A DNA stretch of 63,806 bases, counting the filler, from Octopus bimaculoides (Eukaryota): NCBI RefSeq assembly GCF_001194135.2. It is 7 parts of 7 records of this genome, joined end to end, with 100 filler letters (N's around TTAATTAATTAA, not from the genome) between each part and the next. Parts side by side here need not be neighbours in the genome. Positions count along the whole stretch, not along the records: positions 21,007 to 42,022 come from NC_068983.1; positions 42,123 to 48,371 come from NC_068988.1; positions 48,472 to 54,263 come from NC_068984.1; 4 more parts are not named here. The stretch is one strand, 5' to 3'. A program made the position numbers and the translations under genes. The notes beneath the pieces were generated by a model. The model saw only the letters and a list, made by a program, of their open reading frames with translations, made no database searches and was not told the origin of the DNA. Below are positions 39,148-53,394 of this stretch, piece by piece (the stretch's first letter is position 1; every line of letters starts with the position of its first letter).

Positions 39148-39734
39148 TGAAGCTTTACTATAGCATCGCATATCACCGACTGCTATTTCCAGTAAATATT
39201 GGTGCATTGTTGTACTACTATCCTATATTTATATATGTGAGTATTATGCTGTATATATACATATATGTATGTGTGTGTGTGTATATAAGTGTGTTTGTGT
39301 GTGTATATGCACATATGTCTTCAATAAGTATCATTAGCACCATTAAATCATCGAGGGAACTCCAGCTGTTGACTGAGCTTCTAGTTGGACATTTGCTCTG
39401 TTAGAAATAGTAGCCAAATCTCCAAACATTCACTGTCTTTGAAAAACCGAAGACTCATTGGATAATACGAGTCTAATTTTCTTGCTCATATTTAACAATA
39501 AAGTTTGGTCACATTCTGAACAGCTTTGGTCTGAAGTCTGTCCAGTCAGGGCTGATTAAGTCTAAATCCCAGTAACAGCAACAACAATCACAACCATCTT
39601 CACTACTTCATCATGCAACAACTCATACCATCAACGCCTTAACAACCTCACCATTAAACACACCACTTTCATCATTTGAGCTCTCTAAGCAACAATCCTA
39701 TCATAGATGATTTAACATTCATCAGACTTTTAAT

Positions 39735-40050
39735 AATACTTTCTCAGGCTTTATATGTTCTGAGTTCAAATTCCGCTGAGGTCGAATTTACCTTTCATCC
39801 TTTTGGGATTGATAGATTAGGTACTAGTTGCATACAGGGGTAGATCTAATCAACTTACCCCCCATCCCCCAAAATTTCAGGCCTTGTGCCTTGAGTAGTA
39901 AAGAATATTTTCTCGGGATTTTATGTTCTGAGTTCAAATTGCACCGAGGTCAAATTTGCCTTTCATTTTTTTAGGATTGATAGATTAAGTACCAATTGCA
40001 TACTGGGGTTGATCTAATCGACTGCCCACCTAACATCCTCAAAAATTCCG
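39735..40050 (+). mobile_element. Two tandem family C SINE bodies
   Basis: GTTCTGAGTTCAAATT..GAGGTC.AATTT.CCTTTCAT occurs twice. Confidence 0.8.
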
Positions 40051-40089
40051 TGCCTTATTTATGTATGCATGCATGTGCCCATGACATGT

Positions 40090-40403
40090 GTAAGGATTTT
40101 CGAGCAAGATCGTTGCCAGTGCCCCTGGACTGGCTCTTGTGCGGGTGGCACATAAAATACACCATTTTGAGTGTGGCCGTTGCCAGTACCGCCTGACTGG
40201 CCTTCGTGTGGGTGACACGCAAAAGCACCCACTACACTCTCGGAGTGGTTGGCGTTAGGAAGGGCATCCAGCTGTAGAAACTCTGCCAAATCAGATTGGA
40301 GCCTGGTGTAGCCATCTAGTTTCACCAGCCCTCAGTCAAATCGTCTAACCCATGCTAGCGTGGAAGGCGGACATTAAATGATGATGATGATGATGATGAT
40401 GAT
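40090..40403 (+). mobile_element. RTE LINE 3' UTR fragment with (ATG)n tail; similar copies at 42123-42348 +, 54568-54775 -, 54830-55050 + and 60905-61165 +
   Basis: GAGTGGTTGGCGTTAGGAAGGGCATCCAGCTGTAGAAACTCTGCC..CCCATGCTAGCATGGAAAGCGGACGTTAAACG(ATG)n, shared with the 3' end of the RT-bearing copy at 30846. Confidence 0.9.
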
Positions 40404-40503
40404 ATATACATACACACATATAAATATATAGATATATATATATATGCATACATACACACATATATATGTATTTATATATATCTACATATGTATATGTATA
40501 TAT

Positions 40504-40568
<65 letters not shown>

Positions 40569-41982
40569 TATATCTATATACACACAGATATTTATACATA
40601 TCTGTACACATACATATTTATACATATATATTAATACNNNNNNNNNNNNNNNNNNNNNNNNNNNNNNNNNNNNNNNNNNNNNNNNNNNNNNNNNNNNNNN
40701 NNNNNNNNNNNNNNNNNNNNNNNNNNNNNNNNNNNNNNNNNNNNNNNNNNNNNNNNNNNNNNNNNNNNNNNNNNNNNNNNNNNNNNNNNNNNNNNNNNNN
40801 NNNNNNNNNNNNNNNNNNNNNNNNNNNNNNNNNNNNNNNNNNNNNNNNNNNNNNNNNNNNNNNNNNNNNNNNNNNNNNNNNNNNNNNNNNNNNNNNNNNN
40901 NNNNNNNNNNNNNNNNNNNNNNNNNNNNNNNNNNNNNNNNNNNNNNNNNNNNNNNNNNNNNNNNNNNNNNNNNNNNNNNNNNNNNNNNNNNNNNNNNNNN
41001 NNNNNNNNNNNNNNNNNNNNNNNNNNNNNNNNNNNNNNNNNNNNNNNNNNNNNNNNNNNNNNNNNNNNNNNNNNNNNNNNNNNNNNNNNNNNNNNNNNNN
41101 NNNNNNNNNNNNNNNNNNNNNNNNNNNNNNNNNNNNNNNNNNNNNNNNNNNNNNNNNNNNNNNNNNNNNNNNNNNNNNNNNNNNNNNNNNNNNNNNNNNN
41201 NNNNNNNNNNNNNNNNNNNNNNNNNNNNNNNNNNNNNNNNNNNNNNNNNNNNNNNNNNNNNNNNNNNNNNNNNNNNNNNNNNNNNNNNNNNNNNNNNNNN
41301 NNNNNNNNNNNNNNNNTATATTATATGAGGAGCAGTGACTCTGCTGACCCACCTATGGGAGGTTGTTATGGGTCAGGGCAGTTCCTGCTGGCCAAGGCTC
41401 CATTCACTTTGATAAATGAAAAAAGTACCCCATTATAGGTGTTATTAATACACACACACACAAGTGCACACACACACACACACACACATACACACATACA
41501 CACACACACATACACGCACACATATATAAGTAAGTGTAAGGATAAGCACACACATACACACACACACACACAAATATAAGTAAGTGTAAGGATAAGCAAG
41601 TTAGACAGGTTGAAATACAAAAAATATTAAATACATTAAATGCAAAGGATGTATATATTTTTTGTATTCAATGTACTCCTCTACCTACTTTAAGGCCAGA
41701 GGAATTCATTTAAGCTTAAACCTATTGAGCACTAATAAGTGTATTCTATATGAAGAATATCTGCTTCTCAACTGCATGTTGATCGTTGATGGTTTTTTTC
41801 CTCATTCGTCTTGGACTTCCCTGTTTTTCCTGCTTCCAAAGAAGATCTATGGTCGAAACATAAAACTATTACTCTTTTCTTTCTCTGAGCAATTTATTAA
41901 TACATTGCTTGTGCCGCATCTACACGTTCATCTCCTTTTTCTTTTTCACTTTCTCTGTATTGTTTTGTATTGACTACATATG

Positions 41983-42022
<40 letters not shown>

Positions 42023-43239
42023 NNNNNNNNNNNNNNNNNNNNNNNNNNNNNNNNNNNNNNNNNNNNTTAATTAATTAANNNNNNNNNNNNNNNNNNNNNN
42101 NNNNNNNNNNNNNNNNNNNNNNAAAAGACACCATTTCGAGCATGGCCGTTTTCGTGCGGGTGACACGTAAAAGCACCCACTACACTCTCTGAGTGGTTGG
42201 CGTTAGGAAGGGCATCCAGCTGTAGAAACTCTGCCAAATCAGACTGGAGCCTGGTGTTGCCATCCGGTTTCACCAGTCCTCAGTCAAATCGTCCAACCCA
42301 TGCTAGCATGGAAAGCGGACGTTAAACGATGATGATGATGATGATGATATTTAAACAATAAAATTTATGGTACAAAACTGGTAACAATCAAATGGATTGA
42401 AGCCAGCTATTGAATGTGTGAGTGTGAAAATACTAAATTAAAATGTTTCTTGATGTTTGAGATTCTTTCATATCAGCAATGCCTGGACAAGAACGGTAGT
42501 CAGTTGATGAACAGACATTCATAACAAATATTAAATTTTGTCTGTAGATTCTATTAAATTTTGAAAATTAAAGATAGTTTAATATCCACTGACTTTATTC
42601 AAAGTGTGTATACATTTTTGGGGAACATCCCTGTGTGTGTATGTGTATGCATATATGCATGTATGTATCATCATCCTCATTTTCATTTACCACCCATATT
42701 CCATGGTGGCATAGATTATATGGTTTGACAATATCTGACAGGTCAGAGGACTGCATGTATATTAATATGTGTGTATGCATGTTTGCGTGTGTGCATTTGT
42801 ACACATGTATGTGTGCATATGTATGATGTTTATACCTGAACATCTCAAAGTTTATCTAGCTCCATGTCATAAATAATTCATTCCTCAATAGGTGTTCTTC
42901 AGCAACCTTACTTCCAACAGAATCAATAAATGTAATCTTTTATTTTCCAAGATAGAAGCATAGGTTTGTAAAAGGAGATGATATAATCATCTGACATCAA
43001 CTTTGTGTTGGTGGTGTGTTATGCATGTAGTTTATCCATTTTAGAGGAACAAAAGAAATCTTCAAATATCTTTTCCCAGCAAGATTTGAAATAATTGATT
43101 CCAAATGTGAATCAGTGTAACCAGTTGCCATAAAGTTGGAATCTACAGCCTTGTTCAGCCTGCAAGAAATAGCAACTAAATATCTGTAAAATCTGTAATG
43201 TTTTCAAAATAAAGATATATCTTATGCATCACTGAATGT

Positions 43240-43720
43240 TATTGATTGATGCTTGGGAAGGGAACAAACAGGGTGGATATGGCTGGTTTCGTTTTGATCT
43301 TAGGTCTGCATCATCCTGACCTACCAGGAGCAAAATAACAAAACGAACATTTATTTATACTGACATGAAGCAAAAACAATAACAACACCAACATATGCCC
43401 TTCATATACATCCAAACTATCAGTGTCAACCATGCTGCATTGATTGCAAACCAGGGTGTCACCACACACGATGCAGAGGAAAGAAAATCAATAAATACAG
43501 GGGCCTGGTTGGCCACTATTTGTTTGTTCCAGTTGCTGTAGAGACGTCAGGTGTTCTCTGACCTCAAAATATCAATTTTCTCTGCAAAATCGGGATAATG
43601 GCAGCCTATCTGATATATGAGTCCCATAAGGTGGGGTGGATGCAACAAGTATCGATGGTCATTCTCTGCAGCATTGTGGCTATTACCACAGAGTGTGGCT
43701 GAACACACTGTTTGTTCCAG
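43240..43720 (+). mobile_element. CRE-like non-LTR retrotransposon endonuclease remnant
   Basis: DAEERK.NKYRGLVGHYLFVPVAVETSGVL*PQ, resembling the CRE-type RLE C-terminus; frameshifted. Confidence 0.6.
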
Positions 43721-45179
43721 GAGGTGCTGAAAACAGATGGATCATCTGATCAGTGAAATGTGTTCCTTCCAAAAGCAGAAGTTTTAATCTAGCCTTACAG
43801 GGACATAGGCAAGACACAACAGTTAGTTGGTAAGTTATGATGAACATTTCCACCTCTACTTAACCTTACATAGATACTTCCTCTCACCTCATCTGTGGCT
43901 CCCCCTTTGCTCATAACCTCATCAAAGTTCATATGCATTGGAGGCCTCTGACCAAACCAGGCTTAAATATTTTAACTGATCTGTCTCTGCTGCAACCTGC
44001 TATGTTTTTTCAATAGCATAGACTTGCCTCTCAAGATGTTGAGTCACAAGCTCACCAACATATCTGGATTTATCTTTGCTCCTACCATCATCTTGTATTA
44101 CTTCAAAATCAAGTCAACTAAATTCCCCTCCATGATGTCTGACACTACTATGGTGATGTTAATATGGCTCTCCCACAACCCAGCTCAAAAGAAATGCTCC
44201 TCAAGAATTCTAACTGCGACAGAAATGTCTCAAAAACTGGTACATACGTAAGTGGTGAGAAAGGACACCCATGAAGGACTAGGTAAGCAAATATGAGAGG
44301 TTTCCAAGAAGTGATTGTTCATTTTGACCATTGAACAAGAACTGCTATGCATTGCTGCAATCCAGCCTCTGAAAACAGGTCCAAATACACAAATTTCACA
44401 ACTTGTGAAGTAAACACAGTAATGCCACTCAGCACACTAGAGGTCACTCATAGAGGACACAGCTAGCTCTCGCAGCACACTGCATCATGAAGGTCACTGC
44501 TAGCTCTCATGGCACACTGCCTCATGAAAGTCACTGCTCACTCTCACTGCACATGCAACCATGTGCTGCCATTTAGTCCAGGAAATTTTGCCACCACCTC
44601 ATACATCTGCTTGGAACAGAATGACAAGTACCCATCCTAGTCCGTCAAAGACTGGAATGTGATTCTGTTTTAGCATCATGCTTATGCCACACATGCTCAT
44701 CAGAATAGTTCCTGGTCCCAATTGTTTTGGTGCATGTGCACTAGTTCTAACAATGCAGTCTTTATATTACCTGTTGAGGAAATGGTTGAAGGCCATTTTT
44801 GTCATGGACGCATTTGTCATGGACTTTTTCTGGCTTGTTAATTAGTTCCCCTTCTAATCTTTTTCTCTCTGTCACTAGCTCTTTCTAAACACTGATATTT
44901 AAATGATTCATATTGAATTGGTCGTTTCAAGGTGTCTCACAACCTTTTGTTCATAATTGCTCCTTTCAGCTGCTGCTTGATTGGCTTGCTAATCTAATGA
45001 ATAACAGGAATCCTAAGAAAATCTGAGATTTGTTGTCACCAAACCTCAAATTAACATCCTTGCTAATTAAATTATCATTTAATAACACTTATATGATGAT
45101 AATGATGACGACGACGATGATGGTGATGATGGTGATGATGATGGTGATGATGATGATGATGATGACGATGATGATGTAT

Positions 45180-45391
45180 TCCACTATAGGCACAAGGCCT
45201 GCAATTTTGGAGGATGGGCTAGTTGATTACATCAACCCCAGTTCTTCACTGGTACTCATTTCATCAACCTCTGCAAAAAGATGGAAAGCAAAGTTGACCT
45301 TGGTAGCATTCAAACTCAGAACATAAAGCCAGAACAAAAGTCACTATGCATTTCTCTGACACAGTAATGATTCTGCAAGTTCACCACCTTC

Positions 45392-45392
<1 letters not shown>
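45180..45392 (-). mobile_element. Family C SINE
   Basis: Reverse complement of the family C head and body, abutting a TAA tract. Confidence 0.8.
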
Positions 45393-45429
<37 letters not shown>

Positions 45430-45926
45430 GTGTTATCATATACATTCGTTTGTCTTGGTATAAAAGATGGGCTACAGCAAATATTCTGCTCAGTACCACA
45501 GATTTGCTTGTCAGTTGTTTGACCTTAACCAGTTGAGCATGTCCCTTGGTGGCTGACGATATGTGCATCTCTGATCACAAGCAGAAGTAGTGGGGGAGCA
45601 TCATAGTCATGTGTTGAGAGGAATTCTTTGGGGTTTGAATAATTCACCTTTGTAAACATGGGTGTTTTGTTCAACATCCTTAAACAAACCTTATTCAGGG
45701 ACCTTTTGAGTGGGATGGGCTACTCGACCTGAAGAAAATTATAACTGGGCCCCACCTGTGAGGTCATGCACTGTTTATCTTGATATGAGATCACCATGTC
45801 GTGCACATATGGTTGTGATGCATGTGCCTGGTGTACCCTTATCAGACGGGTAGTCATAATGGGTATAATGTGCTTCGTATATTTTACTCCCGTGTCACTT
45901 TGATGGCATGCACTGCTCTGTCACTC
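45430..45926 (+). mobile_element. Second copy of the (TAA)n-embedded element, lacking about 60 nt at one end
   Basis: Collinear with the reverse complement of 37030-37584; shares the ..CACTC-AATAATAAT junction. Confidence 0.85.
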
Positions 45927-46330
45927 AATAATAATAATAATGATGATGATTTCTTTCATTTACGGCTATAGCAAATGATGATGGAGACATTACAAGGACA
46001 CTTTATAATTTGGGAGAGGGTTTACATAAAAAGGCAAAGGGAAGAAAGGGAGGTATGAGAAAAAAAATATGTACGCAAAGCATACAAAATATCTGAAAAC
46101 ATGGATGATGCATTGTTCCTGACTCAGGAGAACCTACAACTGTTATTATAGTGAGTAGATCAGACAAAATCTTTTGCAGAATTTTTCCTGACACCTTACA
46201 TTTCAAAGAAGTCAACTTAGCCTTTCATCTTTTGGGGTCAATAAAAGAAATTATTGGTTAACACAGTGAGTTCAATACAACTAACTTGCCCTGTACCACT
46301 CAAAAGTGCTGACTTTGTACTGAAATCAAA

Positions 46331-47380
46331 CATTATTATTATTACTGTTTAAGTTATTCTTTTTCTCATATGTTTGGCTTTTGCTTTGTATTTGTACAAG
46401 TTGACTTCAAATCTCACCCAGAGACCTCAAGGGACAACAAGTTAGAAGTTCAAGTTAGTGTTATGACTAGGGTGCCATATATTTGGTTTTGCACAGAGTA
46501 TTGTTCTAGAGAATATCTGTCAAGACATAAGTAAATTGGACGTTTGTTTTAAAAGTAAATTGATTATAAGATGATAGTCTGATAGTATGATGTTAAGATA
46601 ACAGTAAAAGGTGTTTGCTGTTATGTACATTTAAAAGTAGCTCAACATTATTTATGGATTAAAATATTTTGGGGATTGCATAGACAATATTTTACGTAGG
46701 ATATGGGCAAATTCCATGAGCACAATTTTTTTGAATTTCTTCCATTTTTGAATTTCCTGTGATTTGCGCTATGTAACAATCAACCCCTTTTACTATCATT
46801 CCTAGGACACCTATGATAACAGGTATTGTTTTAGTCTTGAGGCTCCACATTTTTCCAACTTCTATTTCAAGATCTTTATACTTGCTCAGTTTTTGATAGA
46901 TCTTGACAGATACATTTATGTCAATTAGGACAGTCATATCGATGAGAAGGCATGATTTTTATCTAAAGTCCTTCAATATAATGTCTAGCCTATTTGCACC
47001 CATCTTTCTGCCAGATTGAATGGTTAGATGTGATCATTTTCAAGCACTGGCAGTGCTTCTGTTCCTACTAGTTTTTGACATGGGGCAGGTCGAAATCTTG
47101 GCAAATTACCTAGAGAATATACTGTGCTGCACCATCATGCCTGTTGAGATACTTTGTAGGTGCAAGAAGACTGCACATGGAGACAACATGATCAATGTTT
47201 TCATTTTGTTGTTTACATACACGACATGCTGGGTAGCTGCCATTCCTTAAGATGTTGGCCTGGTAGCTTCTTGTAGGTAGGCATTGATCTTGGGCTGCTA
47301 TGCTAAACCCTTTTGTCTCTGATTTTAAGCCAGTAGACACTAACCATTGATGGGTAATGGCTTTGTTAACATCAGCTTTA
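46331..47380 (-). mobile_element. R4/Dong LINE 3' fragment (CCHC knuckle plus RLE) ending in TAA repeats
   Basis: GLKSETKGFSIAAQDQCLPTR..CRVCKQQNENIDHVVSMC; LIDINV..KLSKYKDLEIEVGKMWSLKTKTIPVIIGVLG; 3' end runs into TAATAATAAT. Confidence 0.92.
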
Positions 47381-48321
47381 TTACTATAATTATCATCATC
47401 ATCATCATCATCATCATTATCACCCTGACATTTTAGGCCTTGTGTCTATTGTAAAAAAGAATTATTTTTGTCATTGTTGTTGTCAGGTGCTTCTACATCT
47501 ATAATCTACATGCTGAAATAAGAGCCACATCACTCTCAGGTTACTCAGTGCCATCTTAAATAAAAAGAAAATATACATAGGGTAATGTAATTCTGGATAA
47601 GAACTAGTATAACGTTGAACAAACTACCTTGTCATACTTAGCCATATCTTTTTATGTTCCGAATTCAAATCCTCCCAACAAGCACAAATGATATACTGGG
47701 GTTTATATAATTGAGTAGGTTGCTGATGGTATCTCAGCTATTTTTAATCAAACAGTGGCCTGATAAAAGTTGACCTGGTGCAAAGTAACTGAGATGTTAG
47801 GAAACCAACAGTTGAGACGTTTTATAAAACAACCAAATTTTCTGCTATACACAAGCCATTAAGAAATCTAACGGGGGCATGGAGATGCTGGCAATGTACC
47901 AAACTCTAAAATATACAATGCTGAATAATGAGATACGACTACAAACAGACAATTATAACCATACAAAAACTAATTTTGCAGCAAACCTAAAAGGACACAG
48001 TATTTAATTTGGGGAAAACCATGTCTTGAATAACAATAATAGTTATTTGCTATCATGCAGCATATACATAAGAGAAGACAAAGGGAAGAACATCAAAGAA
48101 AGAACACCAATTCCCCACAATAATTCTGAAGAATAACAGAATAACGAAAAGAATTATGAAGAAATAGAGTTAATTGCAGAAACCTCAGATACAAAGGGAT
48201 TGACACATACACATGTACATACATAGAAAATACACACACACACATGTATGTATATGCATGTGCATACATGCATACGTATATATATATATGTGTGTGTGTA
48301 TGTATATATATATATATATAT

Positions 48322-48371
<50 letters not shown>

Positions 48372-48480
48372 NNNNNNNNNNNNNNNNNNNNNNNNNNNNN
48401 NNNNNNNNNNNNNNNTTAATTAATTAANNNNNNNNNNNNNNNNNNNNNNNNNNNNNNNNNNNNNNNNNNNNAACTACTGA

Positions 48481-48482
48481 AC

Positions 48483-48568
<86 letters not shown>

Positions 48569-48575
48569 TAATAAT
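48481..48575. repeat. (TAA)n microsatellite
   Basis: Direct reading. Confidence 0.98.
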
Positions 48576-48859
48576 ATGAAAATTATTTAATTTTAATGGA
48601 AACAGTTGATGAATCAATTGGAAATTTGTTACTTTTCATTGAAAGCTCCTAAATATTTTTAGGCTTGTTATCGACAGAAAGATATTATCCATATGGGTTT
48701 CAGCCAATATTGTTTTCTAATAGTTTTTGGCATATTTTATTAAAAAAAAAAAACTGCAATTACTGTTAAGTATAGTCAAACATTAATCCCTTTTTTTTAT
48801 TTTTGCATAGATTATTAAATTAAGATACATCCCATCAAGACAACTATATTTAATTCTAT

Positions 48860-50200
48860 AAAAGTCAAGCACTGGCTTATATTCGGAATGAAGTTTTAAT
48901 GTCAATATGTCGTCATGCTGCATCTCAGTCAACGCCATTTGTTAATTTTCTAATGCAGTGTTTACTTTCACATCAAACGATGTTGCAAACAGATGGAATT
49001 CATTTGCATGAAAGCAAACGTTATCAAAACGACCTGAAAGCTCTGTTCTTTTGTTGTTTTTTGTTATGTTAATTCTGGGACCATATTTACAAAAGTGCCT
49101 GGATCTAGTTCTATATTTTTTTGCAAAGTGGGAGAAATGTGTGTAATTTCCTTTTCGAAGATGGGATTCCTACTATTGCAATTTTCTTTCAGATGCTCTA
49201 ATATGATCGTATATCTCATGTATTAGCAAATTTCCCGCTGAAGTTGCAAATTCAAGTTATTTAAATGAGCCAAGCAGGATAACGACAATGTGGACCATCT
49301 ACATTTTTTCAAGTATTATTGCCATATGTTTATGTTCTGCAGTTTTTTTTATAACTAGTTCTCGGCTAAGCCAACATTTGCTTCAGAAATAGCTAGATCT
49401 CCATATTTTGCTTTTGTATCCCGCAAAAGAACTGCTGAACTAATTTGGCACATTACTTATTAAAAGGACAACCAGTTCTTGTGCAATTTCCAGCGATGCG
49501 ATGATGCCTTTACTGTGTCTCACCATTGCCTGTACCAATTAGATTCGACACATCAAATTTTATTTCCGACATTATTTCCCACAAAGCTGCAAAAATGTCT
49601 GCTTTAGTAATCATATTTTTCATGAGATTGAAGTGAAAACTAAAGCTTACTCCATGCGCAAACACTGCAAGATGAACAGTGTCTCTGAAATCTGTGCTCT
49701 CATCAAGCGTAATTGAAAAGAAAAATGCAATATATTGCAAGTATCCATTAAATAAGTTTCGACATCTGTTAACATTTCTTGAACTCATCGTATGATCGTT
49801 CTTGCAGACATTACATATTACTGCCAGTGAAACATCCTTCATAAACTAGCCATGTGTAAACGGCATCATCTTTTCTGCTATATACTTTGAAACTTTGCTG
49901 TTGGCATATATTTATTTCCTTCACTTTTACTTTTCCTGTTTAAAAGAAAACGCCGTTAGTTTTCCAAGATTAACGTTCAGTCGCTCCACTTTATATAAAA
50001 TTTCAACTGAGAGTCACTGGTGTCTGACATATGTTACTTTCTTCACAGAGACATTCACTAAGTGAATGAGATAAACTAGTTTCCCAATGTACTCGATGAA
50101 GAAGTAGTCTAGTGTTGGAATATCTAGAAAACTTCAACACGCAACAGCTACATTCTTACATTCCGTGTATTCTGCATCCATTGAACTGTGAATTGTTTCC
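48860..50200 (-). mobile_element. hAT (Buster/SPIN-like) transposase remnant
   Basis: DYFFIEYIGKLV..VRH; KVSKYIAEKMMPFTHG; FSITLDESTDFRDTVHLAVFAHGV; many stops; TIRs not found. Confidence 0.8.
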
Positions 50201-51789
50201 CTTCGGTTTAATTTCAAAACTTGTTATTCAACAAGTGTCGTAGCGCACATAAAAATCTGGTTAATCTGATGCCTTATTGTTATAAGAGATGTAAAGTAGT
50301 CGCATAACATAACTTCGTTCCTGACATCATGCGGAGTTGGATAAAAAGTTGATTTGTCGTAAACGTCCCTTGTAAATCCCTTTCATAACTACTACATGTC
50401 TAACCACAAAACTGTCGACAAAATACATTTCTCATTAGAAGTATTTCCTTTTTGACATTGACCGTGCATTTCTTTTTAAAACACCGTGACATTGTTACTG
50501 TTTACAAATTTGACTGATTCCATTAGAATATATACGTAATCGAACAGAATATCTAATATAGCTTAATAAAGTGGGTTTACTACTCGCAATTCGTATAGAA
50601 CTGTTTAGTTTGAAACAAAACTAAACTTTGAGCCAGTGTAACAAAGTACGATTCATGATCCAATAAAACTAGCACACGAACACCGCCATGGTTTCGTTTA
50701 TATGCGGGTGTTTGTTTGTGTGTGAGTGTGTGCATGTGTGTACATGCGTGCGTTCGTGCTTTTTCCTGGTTTTATTTTTGATCAATGGAGAAAGAGTTGT
50801 TTTCATGCCGAAAAGCAAGCCGCTTTCATTGAAATTTATACATCAACGTCGTAGTTATGCATTTATGTATACATGTATCTTTATACATATGAATGTATTC
50901 ATGTATGTATTCTTTTAGTGCTTTCAGCCAGAGGCTGGGGCCATGATGGAGCACCGCATGTGTACATATACATATGTATGTGTATATCGACACATGGATG
51001 CATACCTGGATAACAGTGTACATTTTTTATGTATATGTACATAAACATATACTGGCACGTCTATAGGTGTGTTTGTGTAGTTACAACATGCTAAAATGTT
51101 ATACTTTTATACGTACATACGTGTGTATGTATGTCTATTAAAACACGCAGTAGACCAGGGTAAGAATGAATTTACGGTACACAAAAGATTTTAGCTTTGC
51201 TGTACAAAAGTACACACGCTGGATAAAACAAATTTTCGTCTCTTTGATCGGAAGTGAGTTAGCGATCTCTGAGGAGCCATTAATAAACAACTTGAGACCA
51301 ATTTCACTACAGACGACTTGAGAACGTAGAGTGCTTGAACAAGTACCTCAAGGTATTTTGCTCAACACTGACAATTCTGCCTCTGCACCATCCTTTTCTC
51401 TTACTTTGCCAATTTCGGGAAAAAAAACCCCAAAGGCAGACATGAACGCGGTGGGAATTGATTTCAAAATGTGAAAGAACTTGAATAAGTACTGCAAAGG
51501 ATTGTGTACGAAACTTTTACGTTTCTGCCTATCAATCACCTTCATGAAGTGTACTAACACACGATCTTATGAATGTATGCATTTATGTATGTCATTATTC
51601 AGCTTTATTTCAAGATTTTATGCCAAAAGATCCTAGTCTCCTTCTTTAGAATTCCAACAACATCAACAAGGTATTTGTGCATGTATGTGCATATGTGCAG
51701 TATTTGGAGTCAGTGCATGTGTAGATTTGTATGTTTTGTTTTATGTATGTATTCTCATGCATATACTTGCATGTTTAGACATGCTCATA

Positions 51790-52130
51790 TATACTTCAAT
51801 GATAAACCTCTGGAAAGTTTTACGGACTATTGCAGTTCTAGTGATGGCTTGGATCTGTAGTCTTCGAATCAGCATTCTCTTTTCTGGTTTTGAGAAGCCT
51901 AATTTCTCAATATTGATACTTAGGGAGTGCGTTACATATTCTAGTGCCCTAATAATTACAGGTATAAACCTGAACGTGTAATCTGGCTAGAGAACTGTAG
52001 ATTTCTCAATAGTTCAGCGTAGCTATTTCCTTTTTCGCTGATCTTCGGCTTTGTCAACATCCACTGGGCAGCTGTTTTCCACAACTGTACACAGTTTCTC
52101 TTCTCTGTATCAAATCACCATGTCAGTATA
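51790..52130 (-). mobile_element. R4-clade RLE C-terminal fragment 1
   Basis: DMVI*YREEKLCTVVENSCP..PDYTFRFIPVIIRALEYVT..IEKLGFSKPEKRMLIRRLQIQAITRTAIVRKTFQRF. Confidence 0.75.
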
Positions 52131-52384
52131 TTATGTTTACTATGCATGCATGCATGCATGTATGTATGTATGTATGTATGTATGTATGTATGCATGTATG
52201 TATGCATGTATATTCNNNNNNNNNNNNNNNNNNNNNNNNNNNNNNNNNNNNNNNNNNNNNNNNNNNNNNNNNNNNNNNNNNNNNNNNNNNNNNNNNNNNN
52301 NNTACTATGCATGCATGCATGCATGTATGTATGTATGTATGTATGTATGTATGTATGCATGTATGTATGCATGTATATTCTCTT

Positions 52385-52655
52385 CTATTTCTAATTATTT
52401 TAAGTCTTCTCGTAACGAAGCTATTTCTAACAAAGATATAAAGCTCCATCGCTGGAAAATAGATTACAAAAACAACGTCATTTTGAGCTTCAGAAAATTC
52501 TTGCATTTTTTTACTGTTCTTTTTACAGAATGCATTTGTAATGTGCGTGTTAGCTGTTTGATTTCTTTTTCTGAAACCTCTAGCTTTTCATGATTGTCAC
52601 GTAGGCATTTCCTCAGAAAGTCAGATGGACCAATTATATTAGGTATAAACGTTAA
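52385..52655 (-). mobile_element. R4-clade RLE C-terminal fragment 2 with 3' UTR ending at (TACA)n
   Basis: FIPNIIGP..LRKCLRDNHEKLEVSEKEIKQLTRTLQMHSVKRTVKKCKNFLKLKM (track ORF 52464-52706). Confidence 0.7.
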
Positions 52656-52710
52656 TATATACGTCTGTTTGCATATGCATATATTTGTGTGTGCATGTGT
52701 GTGCATGTGT

Positions 52711-52790
<80 letters not shown>

Positions 52791-52819
52791 AGAGAGAGAT
52801 AATTAGATGGATAGTTAGA

Positions 52820-52850
<31 letters not shown>

Positions 52851-53350
52851 GCGCCGACAAAATGTTTTGCTATAATTTGTAACATATCATTAGGCACACA
52901 CGATGATACAACCGCGTGCGCGCGTGTATGCGAAAATAACTGACAAAGTAACTGGAAGTTGCTCAATCAATTGCATTACTTTACAGCTGTTTCTGTTATT
53001 AAAATAGTGCACTTTCTGGGAGTGCCTTTTATCCCTCAAACTCTATATTTTTATATTTTTCGACGGTGATCTTTTCCATATATGCAAATGATTTCCCAAA
53101 TAGACTTGCACTTCAGTTTAGAAGCTCCGAAGAAGCTATACAATGATGCACAAACACTCACCCCTGAGTGCACTGCATCTCGTAGATAAAACATCTGTAA
53201 ACAAATGAAGTTCATCATATAATTTCCTGTTATTTTGTCATTTATTTAATTTCATGTTACGCTCTGCACTCGACTAAGGCATTACTCTGAAGTACATGCT
53301 TATTGAGTTCTAAGACCAGGTTATTAGTATCGCTATGCCTAAGCAAAATA

Positions 53351-53394
<44 letters not shown>

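Noticed and set aside
44000-44600. Possible Gypsy integrase relic with a ~34-bp x3 mini-repeat (another possible relic at 47750-48200)
   Set aside because: No diagnostic motif could be read confidently.
52138-52380. Exact ~77-bp duplication on both sides of an N gap
   Set aside because: Typical unmerged contig overlap in a microsatellite; likely an artefact.
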